From NCBI GenBank assembly GCA_008632985.1, contig QPGO01000017.1, positions 372,001 through 436,000 of the forward strand: a DNA stretch of 64,000 nt, in the 5' to 3' direction. This DNA is from Psammoneis japonica (Eukaryota). The stretch's first letter is position 1. The number at the start of each line of letters is the position of its first letter. The position numbers and the translations under genes are program-made. The notes beneath the pieces are model-generated. The model was given only the letters and a program-made list of their open reading frames with translations. It did no database searches and was not told the DNA's origin. Positions 58,161 to 64,000 of this stretch are shown piece after piece.

Positions 58161-60051
58161 GCATGTGTTGAAAGCGCGCCAAACAAGAAGCCACAGTTTT
58201 TCTCAATTGCGAGTCATTTGTGGAAAAAACCGCCATGAGCGTTTGCACTCACCGTGCGAACGCCATCACCACAATGGCACAAATGCTGTTCATTGAACGC
58301 AATGCAGGATGCATGGCATCTGATTCTCTTTGCAAGTTTGTCAAATGTGGCAGTCGAGATGATCTTGTGAAGAGACTTTGACGATGCACCACCTCCATTG
58401 CACCCAACGAACGGCATTTGTGCTGTGGTCATGTTGTTGTTTCATTGGGTTCTGAGCACAAGCAGTGCCACAAATTAGTTGGAATGGAGAAATTTTTCAA
58501 GGTGCTGAAAATTTAAAAAGGTGCTGATTTTCTTTTGAGGTGCTGATTTTCAAATGTGCCAAGTGCAAATTTGTCGTCCCCTCCCCCCCAAGAACACAAG
58601 CCACACTGTGACCACAACCCCCATTGGCTTCAGCGGTTCCCACCCATCATTCAAAGCTTGCCGCACATCTCTCCTGGCACCAACTGGTGTCCTCTCACAA
58701 GCCAACACAGCCTGGAAACAAATGTCCTCTGACCACAAGCAGTGTCATGCTCAATTTGTCTGGGGCAGAACCGTTGAAAAATTGGGTGAATGGATGTGTT
58801 TCAATGATCATGATGTCTCTCCCTCAAACACTGTCATGCAAACAAACATCAGTGTCTTGCCCCCCTTGTTTTTGCACACAAGGAATTTGCTTCTGCTGAT
58901 CCATTGCCAGGAACAAGGAAGAGACAGCCAATGACTGTCTCGAGCTCTTTAAATGCCTTTCCAAACATTTTCACCACAACATTGAACTTCATGGCCAGTG
59001 CTTCCAAGCCTGCACCATTGTCACACAGTTGTCTTTCCAGCATGGCAAAGGCTTGTTCAGCACAGCAGACAAATGTGGAGTTCTGCAGAAAACCGCCGAT
59101 TTTGAAGAACTTTCCTGCATGTGTTGAAAGCGTGCCAAACAAGAAGCCATGGTTTTTCTCAATTGCGAGTCATTTGTGGAAAAAACTGCCATGAGCGTTT
59201 GCACTCACCGTGCGAATGCCATCATGACAATGGCACAAATGCTGTTCATTGAATGCAATGCAGGATGCATGGCATCTGATTCTCTTTGCAAGTTCGCTGA
59301 ACATGACAATCAAGACAATCTTGTGAAGAGACTTTGATGATGCACCACACCTCCATTGTGCCCAATGAACGGCATTTGTGCTGTGGTCGTGTTGTTGCTT
59401 CATTGGGTTCTGAGCACAAGCAGTGCCACAAATTTGTCAGAATGCAGAAAGTTTTCAAGGTGCTGAAAATTTAAAAAGGTGCTGATTTTCTTTTGAGGTG
59501 CTAATTTTTAAATGTGCTAAGTGCAAATTTATCGCCCCCCCCCAAAAAAAAACACAAGCCACACTGTGACCACATCCCCGATGACTTCGGTGGTTCCCAC
59601 CCATCCTTCAAAGCTTGCCGTGCATCTCTCCTGGCACCAACTGGTGTCCTCTCACAAGCCAACACAGCAAGCAGTGTCATGCTCAATTTGTCTGGGGCAG
59701 AACCATTGAACAATTGGGTGAATGGATGTGTTTCAATGATCATGATGTCTCTCCCTCAATCACTGTCATACAAACAAACACTCAGTGTCTTGTCCCACTT
59801 GTTTTTGCACACAAGGAATTTGCTTCTGCTGATCCATTGCTGGGAACAAGGAAGAGACAGCCAATGACTGTCTCAAGCTCTTTAAATGCCTTTCCAAACA
59901 TTTTCACCACAACATTGAAAACTTCATGGCCAGTGCTTCCAAGCCTGCACCGTTGTCACACAGTTGTCTTTCCAGCATGGCAAAGGCTTGTTCAGCACAG
60001 CAGACAAATGTGGAGTTCTGCAGAAAACCGCCGATTTTGAAGGACTTTCCT
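58161..60051 (+). repeat. Tandem duplication, units 58161-59116 and 59117-60051
   Basis: Collinear alignment from gcatgtgttgaaagcg to aag(a/g)actttcct, with small indels. Confidence 0.9.
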
Positions 60052-62199
60052 CTTCCAAGTGCTCTTGTGAATGATGATTTGCAAGTGAGCAAACAGCACT
60101 CTTTTTGTAAACCAGAGCATTTTTTTGTCATGTGTCATGCCCCAGCATGCTGTGTGTGTGCCAAGCACCTCTGTTGCTTGAACCTTTTTTTGCCATCATG
60201 CTTTGTGCGCACATGCACAGCAGCCCATGTGCAGTCTCTGTGCTGCAACATGACATGAGCACAATGAGACAGGTTTGGTGCATTTTGTTGATTCAGCCAT
60301 TTTTGTTAAAACCACCAACACCGGGGACAAAGGCAGGCCCAGAACAGATCCACATCATGGCCAGACAACTTGACTTTCCCACAGCTTCCTGCACATTTTC
60401 TGCTTGCAGCATGCACACCCATGTGCTGCTGCAAAACAGGAGAGATGATGCAAAGCTTGTTGATCAGCCAGAGTCTGTCCCATCATGCAGACAGATGTCC
60501 CTCACATGCTGACTGCCAGACCCATCACTCATGACTCTGGCTCCAATGTGGTCACTCAGCAGCACAGGCATTTCAGCAACAGGCGCTGACCCAACTGCAA
60601 CAGCAGTGGCAAGCCCTGGCCCAACTGCCTCAACAGGCTGCTTAAAGCCAACTGCCACTGGCACAGCAGGCCCCACCTGTGGCAGTGCCACCTCAGCCTC
60701 AGCCAGTTTTTGGGCCTGCAGCACTGGGTCATTAATCTGTGCCTTGCTGACAGCATGTTTTTGATGCTGTGAAGGACCCTCATCAAGATCAGTGCATTGC
60801 TGCTTTTGCCACATGCGCGCCATTTTGTCTGTGATGCCAGCAATGCAGACACCCCTTGCGCCTCAAGTCACATTGGGAGCAGACCCCAGGGAGCCAGCCA
60901 GCAGCCAGTCATCCATGAGTTTTGCATGGATGCCACTGGATTTTCCAGTGCCTAACTTGTCTTGGCATGGCAGTGCTGCCCTTTGATGGCAATGCCTGTG
61001 CCTTTGTGAGTGATGCATGCAACAGGTGAGCACCCCAACATGCAGCATGGCCCGACAATGCCTGCTGTGTGGCTGCCAATGCTGTGTGTGTCCCTTTCAC
61101 CCAACTCTTGGTCAGTTGTTTGCAGCCAATCTGGCAGCACAAACAGTGAGGCCCTTTGCCCCCAATTGCCAACACACCAAGGTCATGTGTGCTTGTTGGG
61201 TGGCCACATTCCTGTGAAACAACAATTGCTGCATCACCACGGTGCTTGGCAGTAGACTGTCCCCATGCAACCCTTGACTGAGGACATGGGGAGCTGCAGC
61301 AAATAAAAGCAAGAAGAACATTGATCGCTGTCCTCTCACTGTGACTGGCTCTGTCAGACTTTGATGTGGCAGGGGCCCAACCTCTGCCATCTTGTCTCAA
61401 CCACCCAACTTGGCACCCATTGTGCCCCCAAGATGCGCAGATGTTCCAGGTGCCCCAGCGCTTGCTTGTTCTCTGAGACCTCCTGCCTGACTTGGCAACA
61501 ATGCCGCTTTCAGCAGGAGCACAGCACATTGTGGCTAGCTTCAACACCTTGGTCACCCACAAATGCACAGCATGCCAGGAAGACCAGCAACATTGTGACC
61601 CTGAGAAGAGCTGAGTGCCGGCAGACTGCTTTGGAGCCAACTTGCAGAAGCTGATGCAGTGCTGCAAAGCAGCACAAGAGCAGGACCTGCCCCCATTGCA
61701 AGAGCTGCACTTTGTGTTTTGCGTCATCTGGAATGCACCTCCATGTCTTTTGCTCTTGCTTTTCTCAAGAGTCATGAGCACTGCATGTGCAGAAAAGGGG
61801 CTCACCCCAGTGACGCCACCAAATGTTTTTGTTCTTTTGGTGTCCAAGGCCATTTGCATTGTCACAAGATGGACTTCAATGTTGTCCCAGCAGAGTGTTG
61901 CAATGGACTCTATTTGCCAACAGGCACGCGTCCATCCATGCCGTCTGCACAGTCTGCGGATCATTGCATGGTCTGCGGATCATTGCACGAGAAACACAGC
62001 AGAAGCCTCCCCCGTGTGAGCCAAGTTAATCTGTTTGTTTGGTTGGATGTGACTTCTCTACAAATTGTCACTCATGCTGCTGTGAATTGTGCTTGCATCT
62101 CAAACATCGTGTTCAAAGCCACTTGACATTCTCGTCATTTCATTCTGTGGTTCGATGGACCTGGTCATCCCGGTGAAGATGGCAGAAGATCTCGCCGTC

Positions 62200-64000
62200 C
62201 TTCACCGATCTTTTGCATGAGCGTCCTGTTTTGGTTTTGCCGTGACAACGTCCAGTCGGAATGGGAGACACTGCATCGTTCGGCTCCAAGTCAGCGTTGC
62301 TGCCTTGTTGGCCAAGGCCTCGGGCTTCTTAGATTTTGCAGTGGCGGAGGCTTCTGTTGAATCAAGAAAGGCAGATGATGTTCAGTGAATCACAGCCCAC
62401 ATGTGGCATTCATCAAATGCCGAATGCACCAGAAGGAACCCTTTCGTTCTTGCTAATCGTTGCTGCCTTTGCCTTCGAAATGCCATCGCAGAACTGGTCT
62501 TCCGTGATTTGGCCAGTGGAGCATTCACGGGTCATTTGGTTTTTGAGAATCATTGAGCGGAGCGGCACGCAGAGACCCTTGAGCACCACAAAGTCAGACT
62601 CTGGGGTGACATCTTCCATCAAGATTTGAAAACCCTGCTCTGTGGCAGCGCGACAAATCTGAAACAGGCACTTCAAGTCGTCACTGTCACCCACCTTGAA
62701 TCCGTCCAAAGCCAAGCTTTTGAAGTGAGCGTGCTGCATCCCTTGCATGCATGAGAAATTTTAGATTGGGGCATGAACCAATGAAATGAACCGAAATGCG
62801 ATGTCCACTGCCCGTGTCCTCCTTGCTGGGATCGCCAGTGCCATTCCGGATAAATGCAGGGTCGTTGGTGAAGCACTCACCTTCATCCGAGCATGCGCAC
62901 TCTTCAAAAATGAGGGTGCACCTCGAGCCCATCAACGGGCTGAAAATTGCATCTTCAATTATGAGCGTCTTCGCGAAGATAAGGTCAGGAAAATCGTGGG
63001 ACTCAGCGCATCGTTTCCCACAGGTGCGCATTGCCTCTGGCGTGACAGCAGGAAGAGGCTTGTTCTTCTTCGTTGTGACAGTTAGCTCGGATGCTCCGGA
63101 GACGTGTGCGAGGCCCACCAATGCAGTGGACAGCATGTCTTTCATAGCATCAGTTCCTTCAATGCTGACGACTTGGAGAATGTGGCTTTGCCTGTTCCAA
63201 ATGTGATGTGGATGTCTTGCGACTGGGTCAATCCCAGGCCGGGGCCCCACACAGTTCCATGTCTTCTCCGGTGACGTAATCATCGGAACCGATTGACTCG
63301 TCATCACATGACTCTGTGTCACTGGAATCATTCTTTCTGTTGAATGGATTGTCGATGAAGAAGGCTGCCGGCTTGTAATCGCTTGCGAGGATGATCTTGG
63401 TGCTGATTCCGACGAGATCTTGACCGTCCGTTGGTGCGTTCAAGCTAGCTTCGATGAGGGAGGGAACTTGTTCGGCAATGTTGCACACAACGATTGCTCC
63501 GGGGCATTCAGAATCCATGTCGTGAGCATACTTCCAATCGTCGTCGCTGACACCGTTGATGCGCATCTGATGGAGTTCCTTGAGAAGGAGGGCATCCGAC
63601 ATCGGATATCTAGAAATGGGAGAAAAACAAAGAGCTTCAGTGAGTAAGATGCATGAGGCAACACAGAATCTTTAAAATGCTAAAAAACTTACTGTTCGAT
63701 ACGTCTCGAGCCTGCTCCTCCAGAGGCAGAAGGGGTTGTAGCCGCCGGCTTGTTATCGTAACTGCTTCCATTGTCTCTGTCGTGGACGGCATCCGACGTC
63801 GGATATCTGGATATGGTAGCAACACAAAGAGCTTCAGCGAGTAAGACGCATGATGCAACACAAAATCTTTAAAATAATAGACAACTTACTGTTCGATACA
63901 TCTCGAATCTGCTCCTCCAGAGGCAGAAGGAGTTGTAGCCGCCGGCTTGTTGCTTCCATTGTCTCTGTCGTAGAGGGCATCCGATGTCGGATATCTAGAA
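62200..64000 (-). pseudogene. Intron-containing gene of unknown function (5' end beyond the window) with tandemly duplicated exon+intron units; 3' part disrupted and partly TpA-depleted
   Basis: Units start at 63591, 63788 and 63976 (197 and 188 bp), each with a GTAAG...YAG intron on the minus strand. Exons splice in frame into ORF 63228-63602. Downstream ORFs 62687-63331 and 62413-62748 are in other frames and lack Tyr. Confidence 0.6.

Larger units (their letters stand above)
57300..62150. repeat. Hypermutated repeat domain (probable DNA-transposon relics)
   Basis: TA nearly absent; repeated palindromes, AGCACCTT/AAGGTGCT motif clusters and a ~950-bp tandem duplication. Confidence 0.75.

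Noticed and set aside
11950..62150. Classical fungal RIP or plain CpG methylation decay as the full explanation
   Set aside because: RIP increases TA and AT content. CpG decay cannot remove TA, and segments with CG intact but TA absent exist (29112-29754).

Overview
Eukaryotic DNA, most likely from a diatom (short GT-AG introns of about 75-145 nt; signal peptide + ASAF-type plastid presequences). Three islands of ordinary genes (about 0.8-11.9 kb, 37.0-40.7 kb and 48.5-57.3 kb) encode a carboxylesterase, a DAG lipase, a DUF3228 protein, an acyl-CoA dehydrogenase, a MATE transporter, DUF493, BSD, TLC and WDR18-like proteins, and gamma-tubulin. They alternate with repeat domains containing a structurally complete Ngaro-type tyrosine-recombinase retrotransposon with a nested Copia-like LTR element, a second YR relic, a 9-bp satellite carrying MITE-like units, and tandem duplications. 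The main observation is that the repeat domains have lost almost all TpA dinucleotides, converted to TpG or CpA, in addition to CpG decay. Repeat pairs inside the window indicate that this happened after insertion and on both strands. It can occur without CpG loss, largely spares TTAA, stops at gene borders, and has replaced the catalytic tyrosines of the RT and recombinases. It looks like a repeat-targeted, RIP-like A:T->G:C hypermutation process that I do not recognise as described. The mechanism is inference, and all dinucleotide statements are by-eye counts.
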